A DNA stretch of 64,000 nucleotides from an uncultured Kiritimatiellota bacterium (GCA_944389545.1 CALXMT010000004.1:8201-72200); one strand, 5' to 3'. Shown: positions 9,286 through 19,479, counted from the stretch's first letter. Notes: generated by a model from the sequence alone, not told the origin. Program-made: numbers and translations.

Positions 9286-10365
9286 ATGGATGCCGAACAT
9301 CTTTCCCGCATTGGGCGGCTGCAGGCCGCCATGGCCGCGGCGGATATTGACGCGGCCTTCCTTTACACCCCCGTCAATCGACTCTACTTCACGGGGTTGC
9401 AGACCTCCAATGGCCTGTTGTTGGTGGAGCGCCAGGGCACGCCCATCTTCTACACCGACTTCCGCTACCTCGAGGTCGCCCACCGCGTCCTCACCGGTAT
9501 CGAAATCCGCAAGTTCAAGCTCGACAAAGAGCAGCTCGCCGACTATGCCGCCATGGGCGCGAACTGGAAGCAGGTGGGCTATGAATCCGACCTCTCCGTG
9601 GCGCAGTTCCTCCCCCTGCAGGAGACCTTCGCGAAGGCCAAGATGGTGAGCGTCACCAAGCATATCGGCGACATCCGCGCCGTCAAGTGCGCCGCCGAGA
9701 TCGACGCCATCCGCCGCTCCGCCGCCGCCAACGACGCGCTCCTGGGCGACCTGCTCAAGCGCTTCCGCCCCGGCATGAGCGAGCTCGAGATGCTCCGCCA
9801 ATTCCGCATCGCCGAAGCCGAGCGCGGCCTCACCGAGTCCTTCGACCCCATCCTCTGCGCCGGCGTCAACGCCGTGGAGTGCCACCACCAGCCCGACGGC
9901 TCCATCCTCGCCCCGCAGTCCGAGCTCCTCATCGATATGGGCGTCAAGGTCGACAACTACTGCTCCGACATGACGCGCACCCTCTTCTTCGGCGACCCCA
10001 CGCCCCGCTTCAAGGAGATCTTCGGCATCGTCCTCGAGGCCAACGCCGCCGTCCGTGCCGCCATCAAGCCCGGCATGCGCTGCTGCGACGCCGACAAAAT
10101 CGCCCGCGACATCATCGCCAAGGCCGGCTACGGTGACTACTTCGGCCACTCCCTCGGCCACAGCGTCGGCCTCGAAATCCACGAGCAGCCCAACCTCTCC
10201 TTCCGCTGCGAGACCGTCCTCCAGCCCGGCATGGTCGTCACCGATGAGCCCGGCATCTACATCCCCGGCGACGTCGGCGTCCGCATCGAAGACCTCCTCG
10301 TCATCACCGAGACCGGTTGCGAGGTCCTCTCCCACACGCCCCACGAAATCATCCTCCCATGCTGA
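9286..10365 (+). CDS. M24-family Xaa-Pro peptidase (aminopeptidase P / prolidase type)
   Basis: 359 aa. It has a creatinase-like N-terminal domain and the metal-ligand motifs '[16 protein letters not shown]', '[16 protein letters not shown]' and '[16 protein letters not shown]'. Confidence 0.85.
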   Translation: MDAEHLSRIGRLQAAMAAADIDAAFLYTPVNRLYFTGLQTSNGLLLVERQGTPIFYTDFRYLEVAHRVLTGIEIRKFKLDKEQLADYAAMGANWKQVGYESDLSVAQFLPLQETFAKAKMVSVTKHIGDIRAVKCAAEIDAIRRSAAANDALLGDLLKRFRPGMSELEMLRQFRIAEAERGLTESFDPILCAGVNAVECHHQPDGSILAPQSELLIDMGVKVDNYCSDMTRTLFFGDPTPRFKEIFGIVLEANAAVRAAIKPGMRCCDADKIARDIIAKAGYGDYFGHSLGHSVGLEIHEQPNLSFRCETVLQPGMVVTDEPGIYIPGDVGVRIEDLLVITETGCEVLSHTPHEIILPC

Positions 10366-10928
10366 ACCGCGAACCCGACCAGACCAAAATCGCCGCCCTC
10401 GTCCGCCAGCTCCTCATCGAGCTCGGCGAGGACCCCGATCGCGAAGGCCTCCTCAAGACCCCCGAGCGCGTCGCCAAGGCGATGACCTACCTCACCCAAG
10501 GCTACCGCCAGACCCCCCAAGAGGTCCTCAACGGCGCCGTCTTCGAGTCCGCCGCCAACAACATGGTCATCGTCCGCGACATCGAGATCTACTCCCTCTG
10601 CGAGCACCATCTCCTGCCCTTCTACGGACGTTGCCACGTCGGCTACATCGCCAACGGCCACGTCGTCGGCCTCAGCAAGGTCGCCCGCATCGTCGATTGC
10701 TTCGCCCGCCGCCTCCAAATCCAGGAGCGCCTCACCGAAGAGATCGCCCATGCCATCGAGGACATCACCGGCGCCGAGGGCGTCGGCGTCGTCATGAGCT
10801 GCGCCCACCTCTGCATGATGATGCGCGGCGTCGAGAAACAGAACGCCGTCACCGTCACCTCCTCCGTCCTCGGCTCCTTCCGCACCGACGCCGGCGTCCG
10901 CGCCGAATTCATGTCCCTCGTCAAATAA
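10359..10928 (+). CDS. folE: GTP cyclohydrolase I
   Basis: '[13 protein letters not shown]', '[34 protein letters not shown]' and '[11 protein letters not shown]' match FolE. The ATG at 10359 overlaps the upstream stop (ATGCTGA). Confidence 0.9.
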   Translation: MLNREPDQTKIAALVRQLLIELGEDPDREGLLKTPERVAKAMTYLTQGYRQTPQEVLNGAVFESAANNMVIVRDIEIYSLCEHHLLPFYGRCHVGYIANGHVVGLSKVARIVDCFARRLQIQERLTEEIAHAIEDITGAEGVGVVMSCAHLCMMMRGVEKQNAVTVTSSVLGSFRTDAGVRAEFMSLVK

Positions 10929-10956
10929 ACGCGACTTGCCCATCCGGACGGAAAAA

Positions 10957-10987
10957 GGCCCCACCTTCACGGTGGGGCCCTTTTTTT
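10957..10987 (+). terminator. Intrinsic terminator after folE
   Basis: Stem GGCCCCACC, loop TTCAC, stem GGTGGGGCC, followed by TTTTTTT. Confidence 0.75.
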
Positions 10988-11039
10988 GTATCCCCTCTCC
11001 CCCACCACCGCCCCCTGTTTCACCCCTCCTTCTAAACCC

Positions 11040-12340
11040 CCAGGCAACCCTGCTCGGCACGCCCATAAAAGGGCCTTTTTGAGACCCTATAGGGGTCGAC
11101 CTCGGACCACTAAGGGTTTCGACCCCGACCCCTATAGGGTCTCACTGCCGACCCCTATAGTGGTTGACCTCGGACCCCTATAGGTCGGTGATGAAAAAGT
11201 CAAAAGAGAAGCATAGCGTAAGGTGAATCCCTGAGTTCTCCGCTTTGAGATCTCTTTCAACATTCTCAAAAAGGGGCGAAAATTACCCCATCACGCCCAC
11301 TTTTTTACCTTTTTGCCTTCGTGAGTCCTGCTCGGCCTCCTTTTCTACATACATCATTATTCGTCTTTATGCCTATCGGCCACTTTTTCATCAGCGACCT
11401 ATAGGGTCTCAGAAAGCCCCCTTAAAGCTCCCTCCAAAAGCCCTCCCGCCCCCCGAAAAAGGGGGCAAATGGCCTCTCCATCTGCTATATAATAAGGTAA
11501 GGGCGGAGGGGCGCTTTCGCGCCCCGGAGAACAGAGCGTGCAGGCCCAAAGGGCCAAACCTTCCACGGCCACAGAAAACAGAGAACAGAGAGCGCCCCTG
11601 CGGGGCGACGGGCGGGGTGATGGAAGTGTGTGATGGGTTTGCCCTGCGGGGCTGACACGAAGGGGCACGAAGAACCACGAAGGCACACGAAGGAAGGCGA
11701 CGCTGGGGGCGGGCCGTGCGTGCGCACAAGGCGCACGTCCGGCCCGGGGGCCTGTAGGGGCATGGCGGGCTTCGCACGCCATGCTTTGGTTTTTGGGGAG
11801 TCCTCCGGCGTCAGCCCCGTCCTATATGTCCTATACGTCCTATGCGTCCTACCGCGATGCTTCCAATCAGCTAAGCTTCCAATCAGCTAATCAGCGGGCG
11901 CGTCAGCGCCCCTTGTCCTATGCGTCCTACCGCGCGTCCTTGGGCACGTCGCAGACGTGCCGGGGGTGCAGGGAGAACTTCTCCCTGCCGGGGCGTGGGG
12001 CAGCGCCCCACACCTTTCCAATCTGCACTCTCCTAATCAGCCAAATCCTTTGTGTCCTTCGTGTCCTTAGTGATTTCTAAAACAATCTGGCAGTCCTGCG
12101 TGCGCTAGTACGCCCTTAATCTGCAACAAATCTGCGTAATCTGCGGTTTCCCATTCTGGCAGTCTTTCTTCGTGTACCTTTGTGGTTCTTCGTGTCCTTC
12201 GTGTTTTCCCGAAAAACACACCAACTCTGTTCAGCGGCCTCATCCGTCGCGCGCTTGCCGCGCGTCTCTGTTTTCTGCTTTCTGTTTTCTGTTTTCTGCT
12301 TTCCGGGCGCATCGCCCGGAGAGCGATTTGCATTTTTTGG
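11040..12340. repeat. Largest mosaic intergenic repeat array (~1.3 kb)
   Basis: Contains palindrome units (CCCTATAGGG, CCACTATAGTGG), a TATATAAT-containing module, the 'gcgtgcagg..aaaccttccacgg' module, GAGAACR heptamers, 'cacgaagg' tandems, an inverted copy of the 85-nt hairpin-cluster element, TCCTATRYG 9-mers, CTGATTRG units and AATCTGCNN tandems. Confidence 0.9.
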
Positions 12341-12345
12341 GCAAA

Positions 12346-12354
12346 TGTTATAAC
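12346..12354 (+). promoter_or_regulatory. Candidate extended -10 (TGTTATAAC)
   Basis: Lies 23 nt upstream of the ATG at 12377, in the only AT-rich patch of this gap. Confidence 0.4.
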
Positions 12355-12376
12355 ATAAGAGCACAAGGTAAATAAG

Positions 12377-13570
12377 ATGGCAAAGCAACAACCCAAACTT
12401 AAGGTCGCGATGGTTGGCGGCGGGAATGAGTCCTTCATGGGGCGCATTCACCGCGCGGCTATCGAGGCCAGCGGCTACCTGGAGCTGGTCTGCGGCGCCT
12501 TCGGTTCCACGCGGCAACGCTCTTTCGAGACGGGCAAGGCCCTTGGGCTCGACCCCACCCGCGTTTACGGCGTCTACCGCGATATGTTTCGGCGCGAGGC
12601 CAAGGTCACCGGCGAGGGCCGCGTGGATCTCGTCACCGTTCTCGCGCCGAACAATATGCATTACCCCGTGACGATGGCGGCTTTCGACGCAGGCTTCCCC
12701 GTCTTCTCCGAAAAGCCCATGAGCTGCAACATGGACGAGGCGCAGAACCTGAAGCGCCGCACGCTCATGAGTCCCCAGCTCTACGCCACCGCCTACGTCT
12801 TCCCCTTCTATCCCGCCCTCAGCGCCCTCCGCGACGCCGTCCTTGCCGGCACCATCGGCAACCTCCGCCGCGTCGACATCCGCTACTACCATGGCTGGAT
12901 GGGCATCCGCCTTGAGACCGCCGGCAACCGTTCCGCCGGTTGGCGCGTCGACCCCCGCCGTTGCGGTGCCGCCGGCGCCGTGGTCGATCTCGCCGGCTCC
13001 TGCGCCTACCTCGCCGAGTGGGCCACCGGGCACGAAATCGCCGCCCTCTGCGCAGCCGGCCGCACCGCTGTCGCCGGCCGCATCTTGGACGACGACGCCA
13101 CCATCCTCTTGCGCATGGACAACGGCGCCCTCGGGCACATCGCGGTCAGCCAGATCGCCCTCGGCGAGGCCGATGGCGTCCAGCTCTCCATTTACGGCGA
13201 CAAAGGCTCCGCCCACTGGACGCAAGCCACCGCCAACACCTGGACGCTCGTCGCCCCCGATGGCAAGCGCACCGTGCAGACCGTCAAGGGCGCCCCCGCG
13301 CCGGAGCCCGGCGATGGCCGATTCGGTCAGCCTTACGGCGACGACGCGGCCTACATCGCCGCCCTTGCCGCCGCCTACAAGGACTTCGCCCAGACCATTC
13401 TCGCCGAGCGCGAAGGCAAGCCGCGCGAAAGCCGCTTTGTGGGGGTCGATCCCGCCCTCCGTGTCGCCACCTTCAATACCATTGCCGCACGCTCCATCGT
13501 CCCCGGCGCCGATGACTCCACCGCCAAGTGGCTTGACTTCACCGTGCCCAAGGTCGAACTCCTTGTCTGA
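12377..13570 (+). CDS. Gfo/Idh/MocA-family NAD(P)-dependent oxidoreductase
   Basis: 397 aa. The Rossmann N-terminus is 'KVAMVGGGNESFMGRIHRAA', followed by 'VLAPNNMHYPVTMAAFDAGFPVFSEKPM' (the EKP motif). Confidence 0.8.
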   Translation: MAKQQPKLKVAMVGGGNESFMGRIHRAAIEASGYLELVCGAFGSTRQRSFETGKALGLDPTRVYGVYRDMFRREAKVTGEGRVDLVTVLAPNNMHYPVTMAAFDAGFPVFSEKPMSCNMDEAQNLKRRTLMSPQLYATAYVFPFYPALSALRDAVLAGTIGNLRRVDIRYYHGWMGIRLETAGNRSAGWRVDPRRCGAAGAVVDLAGSCAYLAEWATGHEIAALCAAGRTAVAGRILDDDATILLRMDNGALGHIAVSQIALGEADGVQLSIYGDKGSAHWTQATANTWTLVAPDGKRTVQTVKGAPAPEPGDGRFGQPYGDDAAYIAALAAAYKDFAQTILAEREGKPRESRFVGVDPALRVATFNTIAARSIVPGADDSTAKWLDFTVPKVELLV

Positions 13571-13584
13571 GGCCCAAACGCCCC

Positions 13585-14343
13585 ATGGATTGCAAAGACA
13601 TTGCCGCCCTTCTGAACGACGAGCTCCGCCCCAAGCTCTACCGCGACGCCTCCCACAACGGCCTCCAAGTCGAGAACGAGGGCCCCATCACCCGCCTCGC
13701 TGTCGCCGTTGATGCCAGCCTCGAAACTTTCGCCGCCGCCGACGCCCTCGGCGCCCAGATGCTTATCGTCCACCACGGCATCTCCTGGGGCGACAGCCTC
13801 GCCCGCATTGACGGCCTCAATCGTCGCATCCTTGCCGACGCCCTCCGTCGCAACCTCGCGCTCTACGCCGTCCACCTCCCGCTCGATGCCCACCCGCGTC
13901 TCGGCAACAACGCCCAGATCGCCACTCTCCTGGGCCTCACCCGCACCCGTCCCTTCATGGACTATCACGGGCAGATGATTGGTGTCGCAGGCCTCCTCCC
14001 CACGCCGCTCTCCCGCGACGCCTTCGCCCAAGCCGTGCAAGACGCGCTCCAGCCCCCTCGGCTCACGCGTTTTGACTACGGCCGCGAAATCATCCACACC
14101 GTCGGTGTCTGCTCCGGCGGCGCCTCCGAGGGCGTTGATGACGCCGCCCGCGAAGGCCTCGATGTCTACCTCAGCGGCGAAGCCACCCTGCAGGCTTACA
14201 ACCTCGCCAAGCAGTGGGGCCAAAACGCCCTCTTCGCCGGCCACTATGCCACCGAGCGCACCGGCCCTCGCGCCCTCGGCGCCTGGCTCACCGAGCAAAC
14301 CGCGCTTCCCTGTCCCTTCATCGACCTTAATCTCCCCTGGTAG
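13585..14343 (+). CDS. Nif3-like dinuclear metal-centre protein (YbgI / GTP cyclohydrolase 1 type 2 family)
   Basis: 'DASHNGLQVENEGPITRLAVAVDASLETFAAADALGAQMLIVHHG' and 'LYAVHLPLDAHPRLGNN' are typical NIF3 motifs. Confidence 0.85.
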   Translation: MDCKDIAALLNDELRPKLYRDASHNGLQVENEGPITRLAVAVDASLETFAAADALGAQMLIVHHGISWGDSLARIDGLNRRILADALRRNLALYAVHLPLDAHPRLGNNAQIATLLGLTRTRPFMDYHGQMIGVAGLLPTPLSRDAFAQAVQDALQPPRLTRFDYGREIIHTVGVCSGGASEGVDDAAREGLDVYLSGEATLQAYNLAKQWGQNALFAGHYATERTGPRALGAWLTEQTALPCPFIDLNLPW

Positions 14344-15400
14344 GGGCGGTAGGGGCGGCGTTGCCGCCCTGGAGAACGGAGCGTGCAGGCCCAAAGGGCC
14401 AAACCTTCCACGGCCATAGAGAACGGAGAACAGAACGCCCGCCAAGCGGGCGACAGGCGAAATAGTTGTACAACGAGAAAGCCAAACTTCCAAGCATCCA
14501 AGCTTCCAAACTTCCACTCTCCCCTGCACCCCCGGCACGTCTGCGACGTGCCATAACACGACGCGGTAGGACAAGGGGCGGTAGCAACGCCGCCCCGCTG
14601 ATTAGCTGATTAGCTGATGGGCTGATTGGAAAGCAACGCGGTAGGACATATAGGACCAATAGGACATATAGGACAGGGGGCGCTGACGCGCCCCGGAGAA
14701 CAGAGCGTGCAGCCCGAAGGGCAAACCTTCCACGGCCACGGAGAACGGAGCGTGCAGCGGCGAAGCCGCAAACCTTCCACGGCTACAGAACGCCCCTACG
14801 GGGCGACAAAGTGACGGATGGCCTCTCGTGGAAGATTAATCCTGCGGGGCTCCACCGGAGGACTTCCAAAAAACCAAAGCATGGCGTGCGAAGCCCGCCA
14901 TGCCCCTACAGGCCCTTCGGGCCGGACGTGCGCCTTTGCGCACGCACGGCCCGCCCCCTGCGTCGTGCTTAGCCGTGGAAGGTTTGTCGCTTCGCGCCTG
15001 CACGGTGATAGCCGCGCAGCGTTCGGTCTCATCGCCGCCAAGGGCGGCGGCCCGGGCTTCAACCTCTGTGGCTCCTCCAAGCCTCCAAGCCTCCAAACTT
15101 CTAAGCTTCCATTGTGCGTCCAGCCGGCGGTAGCCGGCCCCTAATCTGCCAAAATCGGCGTAATCGGCGGTTCCCTATTCTGGCAGTCCTGCTTCGTGTA
15201 CCTTCGTGGTTCTTCGTGTTCTTCGTGTCAGCCCCGCAGGGCAAACCTTCCACACTCTCCCAGCGGCTCCACCCGTCGCGCGCTTGTCGCGCGCTCTCTG
15301 TTCTCCGTGGCCGTGGAAGGTTTGGCCCTTTGGGCCTGCACGCTCTGTTTTCTGTTCTCTGGGGTGGCGCCAGCCACCCCATTTGACAGAGAGGGGCTGA
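14344..15400. repeat. Mosaic intergenic repeat array
   Basis: Uses the same module set. It includes an 85-nt hairpin-cluster copy (14874-14958) and a 147-bp unit (14968-15114) repeated at 51339-51485. Confidence 0.9.
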
Positions 15401-15412
15401 ATATGGTATTGT
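15383..15412 (+). promoter_or_regulatory. Candidate sigma-70-type promoter for the nusA operon
   Basis: TTGACA (15383-15388), an 18-nt spacer, then TGGTATTGT (15404-15412). It lies about 80 nt upstream of the nusA ATG. Confidence 0.5.
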
Positions 15413-15491
15413 AGGCACGTTTTCTATCTGAAGTAGGGAGCGTGGGCGGGAGCCTGCGCTCTTTTGGCAAAGCGAAAAGGAGTTTGACGCG

Positions 15492-16775
15492 ATGGCGACG
15501 AATGCGGAGTTCGCAGCAGTAATCGGTTACCTGGAGCGTGAGCGCGGGGTGGACCGGGAGACGATTTTGCAGGCCATCGAGATGTCCGTGGAACAGGCCG
15601 CGCGCAAGAACACGAAGGTGTCGGCCGACTTCACGGTGCACATCGACCGTAAGACGCTCGAGATCAAGGCGTGGGACCTCTGCCCGGTCTCTGACAGCGA
15701 GCGTGGCCCCGGCATCCTGACGGTGGCGCAGGCGCGCCGTTTCGACCCCGAGGCGCAGGACGGCGACACGGTGAAGGTGCCCTTCCCCGCGGCGAGCCTG
15801 GGGCGCATCGCGGCGCAGACGGCGAAGCAGACCATCATGCAGAAGATTCGCGACGCCGCGCGCACGAACGTCTACAATGCTTATAAGGACCGCGTGGGCG
15901 AGATTGTGACGGGCACGGTGAAGCTGATGGCCCGCAAGGACGTCTACGTGGAGCTCGGCAAGACCGAGGCGGTGCTGCCCGCGAAGGAGCGTCTGCCCGG
16001 CGAGGATTACAACACCGGCGATGTGGTGCGGGCCTACGTGCTGCGCGTGCAGAACGAGAGCTCGGGCCCCGCGATTACCTTGTCGCGCGCCTGCCCGGAG
16101 TTCGTGAAGGCGCTCTTCCGCCTGGACGTGGCCGAGGTGGCCGACGGCGTGGTGGAAGTGGTGGCCGTGGCGCGTGACCCGGGCCGCCGCTCGAAGGTCG
16201 CGGTGCGCAGCCTGGACCCCGCGCTGGACCCGGTTTCGGCGTGCGTGGGCCTGCGCGGCATGCGCGTGAAGAACATCGTCCGCGAGCTGAACAACGAGAA
16301 GCTGGACATCGTGCACTACAGCGATGACCCCGAGGCGTACGTCCGCGACGCGCTGAAGCCGGCCGAGCCCAAGACGCTCCGCGTGGACGAGGCTGAGCAT
16401 GCGGTCTATGTGACGGTGCCGGCGGACAAGCTGTCGCTGGCAATCGGCCGCTCGGGGCAGAATGTGCGCTTGGCCAGCCGTCTGACCGGTTGGAAGATTG
16501 AGATTGCGGCGGATGAGCCGATTGCACTGGGCACGCCGGTGATCGACACGCAGACTTTCGAGAGCAAGCGCGACGAGATGGTGCACCGTCTGTCGGCGCA
16601 GCTGGATGTGACCCACGAGGCCGCCGAGCGGCTGGTTGACGTGGGCTTCCACTCGCCGGAAGGGATTTTGGAGGCCGAGCAGGCCTATTTCCAGGTGACG
16701 ACCGGCTTTGACGAGGAGACCGTGGAGAGCATCTACGCCCACGCCCAGGCCATCGTCGACGCGAAGGGGGAATGA
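15492..16775 (+). CDS. nusA: Transcription termination/antitermination factor NusA
   Basis: Has an S1 domain ('GEIVTGTVKLMARKDVYVELGKTEAVLP') and KH domains ('RACPEFVKALF', 'DPVSACVGLRGMRVKNIVRELNNEKLDIV', 'LAIGRSGQNVRLASRLTGWKIEI'). Confidence 0.92.
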   Translation: MATNAEFAAVIGYLERERGVDRETILQAIEMSVEQAARKNTKVSADFTVHIDRKTLEIKAWDLCPVSDSERGPGILTVAQARRFDPEAQDGDTVKVPFPAASLGRIAAQTAKQTIMQKIRDAARTNVYNAYKDRVGEIVTGTVKLMARKDVYVELGKTEAVLPAKERLPGEDYNTGDVVRAYVLRVQNESSGPAITLSRACPEFVKALFRLDVAEVADGVVEVVAVARDPGRRSKVAVRSLDPALDPVSACVGLRGMRVKNIVRELNNEKLDIVHYSDDPEAYVRDALKPAEPKTLRVDEAEHAVYVTVPADKLSLAIGRSGQNVRLASRLTGWKIEIAADEPIALGTPVIDTQTFESKRDEMVHRLSAQLDVTHEAAERLVDVGFHSPEGILEAEQAYFQVTTGFDEETVESIYAHAQAIVDAKGE

Positions 16776-16779
16776 GCGC

Positions 16780-19470
16780 ATGATGAGGGTTTCGGATTTC
16801 GCCAAGCAGGCGGGGCTTCCCGCGGGAATCGTCCTCTTCCAGGCCAAGGATTTGGGCTTGGAGGTCTACTCCACGCTCGCGAAGTTGGACGCGGACGAGG
16901 AATCGTCGCTGCGCGGGTGGGCCGAGGGGCTTTCCGCGCAGGACAAGCAGACGTTGATCGCCGACTATGAGGCCACGCGCAAGGCCCGCCGCGAGCAGGC
17001 GGAAGCCGTCCGCCGCGAGGAGGCCAAGCGCAACCGTGAGGGCGTCGAGGAACACCGCCGCATCGCCCTCGAGGCCGAGGCCGCGCGCGGCGAGAAGTCC
17101 GCCCCCGCGCCGAAACCGATTGCACCGAAACCCGCGTCTGAGGTGAAGCCCGAGGCCAAGTCTGAGCCGCAGGCCGAGGCCAAGCCCGCGCCGGAAGCCA
17201 AGCCCGCGCCCGAGGCGAAGGCGGAGGTCAAGGCAGAGGTCAAGCCTGACCCCAAGCCCGAGTCTAAGCCTGACCCCAAGGCCGAGGTCAAGCCCGCAGT
17301 GAAGCCGGAGCCCGCGAAGGCATCTGCGCCCAAGGCGACCTTGACGCCCACCAAGCCGACCCAGGCCCCCGCGCCGAAGGCCACGCTGACCCCCACGCCC
17401 AAGGCTACCCTTTCTCCCACCAAGCCGACGTTGACGCCCACCAAGCCCACGCTCACGCCCACGGCCGCCCCCTCGCGCCCCGTTTCCTTGGGTCTGTCTC
17501 CGACCAAGCCCGCGAAGGGTGCCGGCGACAAGGGCCGCCGTGACGACCGCGCCCCCAAGGGCCGCGAAGACCGTGCGCCGAAGGGCCGCCGTGACGACCG
17601 CGGCGCCCCCAAGGGCCGTCCGCAGGCCGCCGCCCCGGCGCGTCCCGCCGCCCCCGCGGCGACCGTCGAGGGCAAGACGCTTCAGATTCATGGGCCGATG
17701 ATCGTCAAGGATCTGGCTGAGCTGCTGGGGATGCGCCCCAACGAGCTGATCGTGGCCCTCATGGGCCTGAACGTGCTCGCCTCCATCAACCAGACCCTCG
17801 AGCCCGGCATCATTCAGAAGGTCGCCGAGGCCCGCGGCTTCACCGTCGAGGTCGAGGAGCGCACCAAGCGTTCCGCCGACCGCAAGCCGCAGCTGAAGAG
17901 CGAAGACGCCGACGACGAGATCCCCGAGGACAAGCCCGAGGACATGAAGCTCCGTCCGCCGGTGGTGACCTTCCTGGGCCACGTCGACCACGGCAAGACC
18001 ACGCTGATGGACTACATCCGCCACACGCACGTGGCGGCGGGCGAGGCCGGCGGCATCACCCAGCACATCGCGGCCTACACCATCCAGGTGGACCAGACCG
18101 ACGATGCCGGCAACAAGCGCCTCATCACCTTCGTGGACACCCCCGGCCACGCGGCCTTCGAGTCCATGCGTGCCCGCGGCGCCAACATCACCGACATCGC
18201 CGTCATCATCGTGGCGGCCGACGACGGCGTGATGCCGCAGACCCGCGAGGCCATCAAGCACGCCCGCAACGCCGGCGTCCAGATGCTCGTGGCCGTCACC
18301 AAGTGCGACAAGCCAGACGCCAACCCCATGCGCGTCTACCAGATGCTCCAGGCCGAGGGCCTCACCCCCAGCGCCTGGGGCGGCGACATCGAGTGCTGCG
18401 AAGTCTCCGGCGTCACCGGCCAGGGCGTGGACGATCTCCTTGAGACCATCCTCCTCCAGGCCGACGTCATGGAGTTGCAGGCCAACCCCAACCGCCGCGC
18501 CAACGGCGCCGTCATCGAGTCCCAGCTCGAGCAGGGTCTCGGTCCGACGGCCACCCTGCTGGTGAAGGGCGGCACGCTCCACGTGGGCGACGTCGTCCTC
18601 TGCGGCGAGTACTACGGCAAGGTCCGCGCCCTCATCGACGAGCGCGGCAAGCTCGTCAAGAGCGCCGGCCCCTCCATCGCCGTCAAGTGCACGGGCCTCT
18701 CCGGCGTGCCCGAGGCCGGCTCCGAGTTCCGCGTGATGCTCAACGAGAAGCGCGCCCGCGAACTCGCCGAGAAGACCGCCGAGCAGAACAAGCTCGAGGC
18801 CCTCTCCGCCGCCCAGAACTCCGCCATGGCCGATTGGACCAAGATCCTCGCCGGCGGCGAAAAGGCCCAGCTCGATGTCATCATCAAGGGCGACACCCAG
18901 GGCACGGCCGAGGCCGTCGTCGAGTGCCTCAAGGGCATCGAGAGCAAGAAGGTCTCCCTCAAGATTCTTTACTTCGGCGTCGGTTCCGTCACCGCGGCGG
19001 ATGTCCAGCGCGCCAAGGGCGCCCTCATCGTCGGCTTCGGCGTGAACTGCGAGCCCGGCGTCCAGGCCATGGCCCGCCAGAACGGTGTGCGCATCAACAC
19101 CTTCCGCATCATCTACGAGCTCATCGAGCACGTCAAGCGTTGCATGCTCGATCTCATCCCGCCCGAGTACAAGGAGGTCGTCCGCGGCCACGCCGAGGTT
19201 CGTCAGGTCTTCGACATCAGCAAGCTCGGCAAGATCGCCGGCTGCCAGATGCTCGATGGCACCCTCCGCTTCAAGGGCAAGTTCCGCATCTTCCGCGGCA
19301 AGCACCAGATCTACGATGGCCCCATCGCCACCATGAAGCACTTCAAGGACGACGTCAAGGAAATCGCCCCCGCCCAGGAGTGCGGCCTCGGCTTCGGCTC
19401 CTTCGAGGCCTTCCAGGAAGGCGACATCGTCGAGTGCTACGAGATGGAAGAGCTCCCCAAGACCCTCTGA
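16780..19470 (+). CDS. infB: Translation initiation factor IF-2
   Basis: The GTPase core is '[16 protein letters not shown]', 'DTPGHAAF' and 'VAVTKCDK', followed by a conserved C-terminal domain. The N-terminus is a low-complexity A/E/K/P-rich region. The start is taken at '[10 protein letters not shown]', 5 nt after the nusA stop. Confidence 0.92.
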   Translation: MMRVSDFAKQAGLPAGIVLFQAKDLGLEVYSTLAKLDADEESSLRGWAEGLSAQDKQTLIADYEATRKARREQAEAVRREEAKRNREGVEEHRRIALEAEAARGEKSAPAPKPIAPKPASEVKPEAKSEPQAEAKPAPEAKPAPEAKAEVKAEVKPDPKPESKPDPKAEVKPAVKPEPAKASAPKATLTPTKPTQAPAPKATLTPTPKATLSPTKPTLTPTKPTLTPTAAPSRPVSLGLSPTKPAKGAGDKGRRDDRAPKGREDRAPKGRRDDRGAPKGRPQAAAPARPAAPAATVEGKTLQIHGPMIVKDLAELLGMRPNELIVALMGLNVLASINQTLEPGIIQKVAEARGFTVEVEERTKRSADRKPQLKSEDADDEIPEDKPEDMKLRPPVVTFLGHVDHGKTTLMDYIRHTHVAAGEAGGITQHIAAYTIQVDQTDDAGNKRLITFVDTPGHAAFESMRARGANITDIAVIIVAADDGVMPQTREAIKHARNAGVQMLVAVTKCDKPDANPMRVYQMLQAEGLTPSAWGGDIECCEVSGVTGQGVDDLLETILLQADVMELQANPNRRANGAVIESQLEQGLGPTATLLVKGGTLHVGDVVLCGEYYGKVRALIDERGKLVKSAGPSIAVKCTGLSGVPEAGSEFRVMLNEKRARELAEKTAEQNKLEALSAAQNSAMADWTKILAGGEKAQLDVIIKGDTQGTAEAVVECLKGIESKKVSLKILYFGVGSVTAADVQRAKGALIVGFGVNCEPGVQAMARQNGVRINTFRIIYELIEHVKRCMLDLIPPEYKEVVRGHAEVRQVFDISKLGKIAGCQMLDGTLRFKGKFRIFRGKHQIYDGPIATMKHFKDDVKEIAPAQECGLGFGSFEAFQEGDIVECYEMEELPKTL

Positions 19471-19479
19471 GGCCCGCCC

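Noticed and set aside
11245-11782. Numerous 60-180-aa ORFs inside the repeat arrays (for example 11245..11655, 11399..11782, 14327..14659, 15101..15418, 23270..23800, 6884..7411)
   Set aside because: They are assembled from the repeat modules. The same peptide fragments (for example 'SPAGQTFHG' and 'PCGADTK.HEEPRRHTK') recur in different frames and orientations. There is no start or Shine-Dalgarno context and no protein-like composition.
11040-12340. Whether the short tandem repeats represent CRISPR arrays
   Set aside because: The units are 7-10 bp with no unique spacers of 25-40 bp. No cas genes are present.
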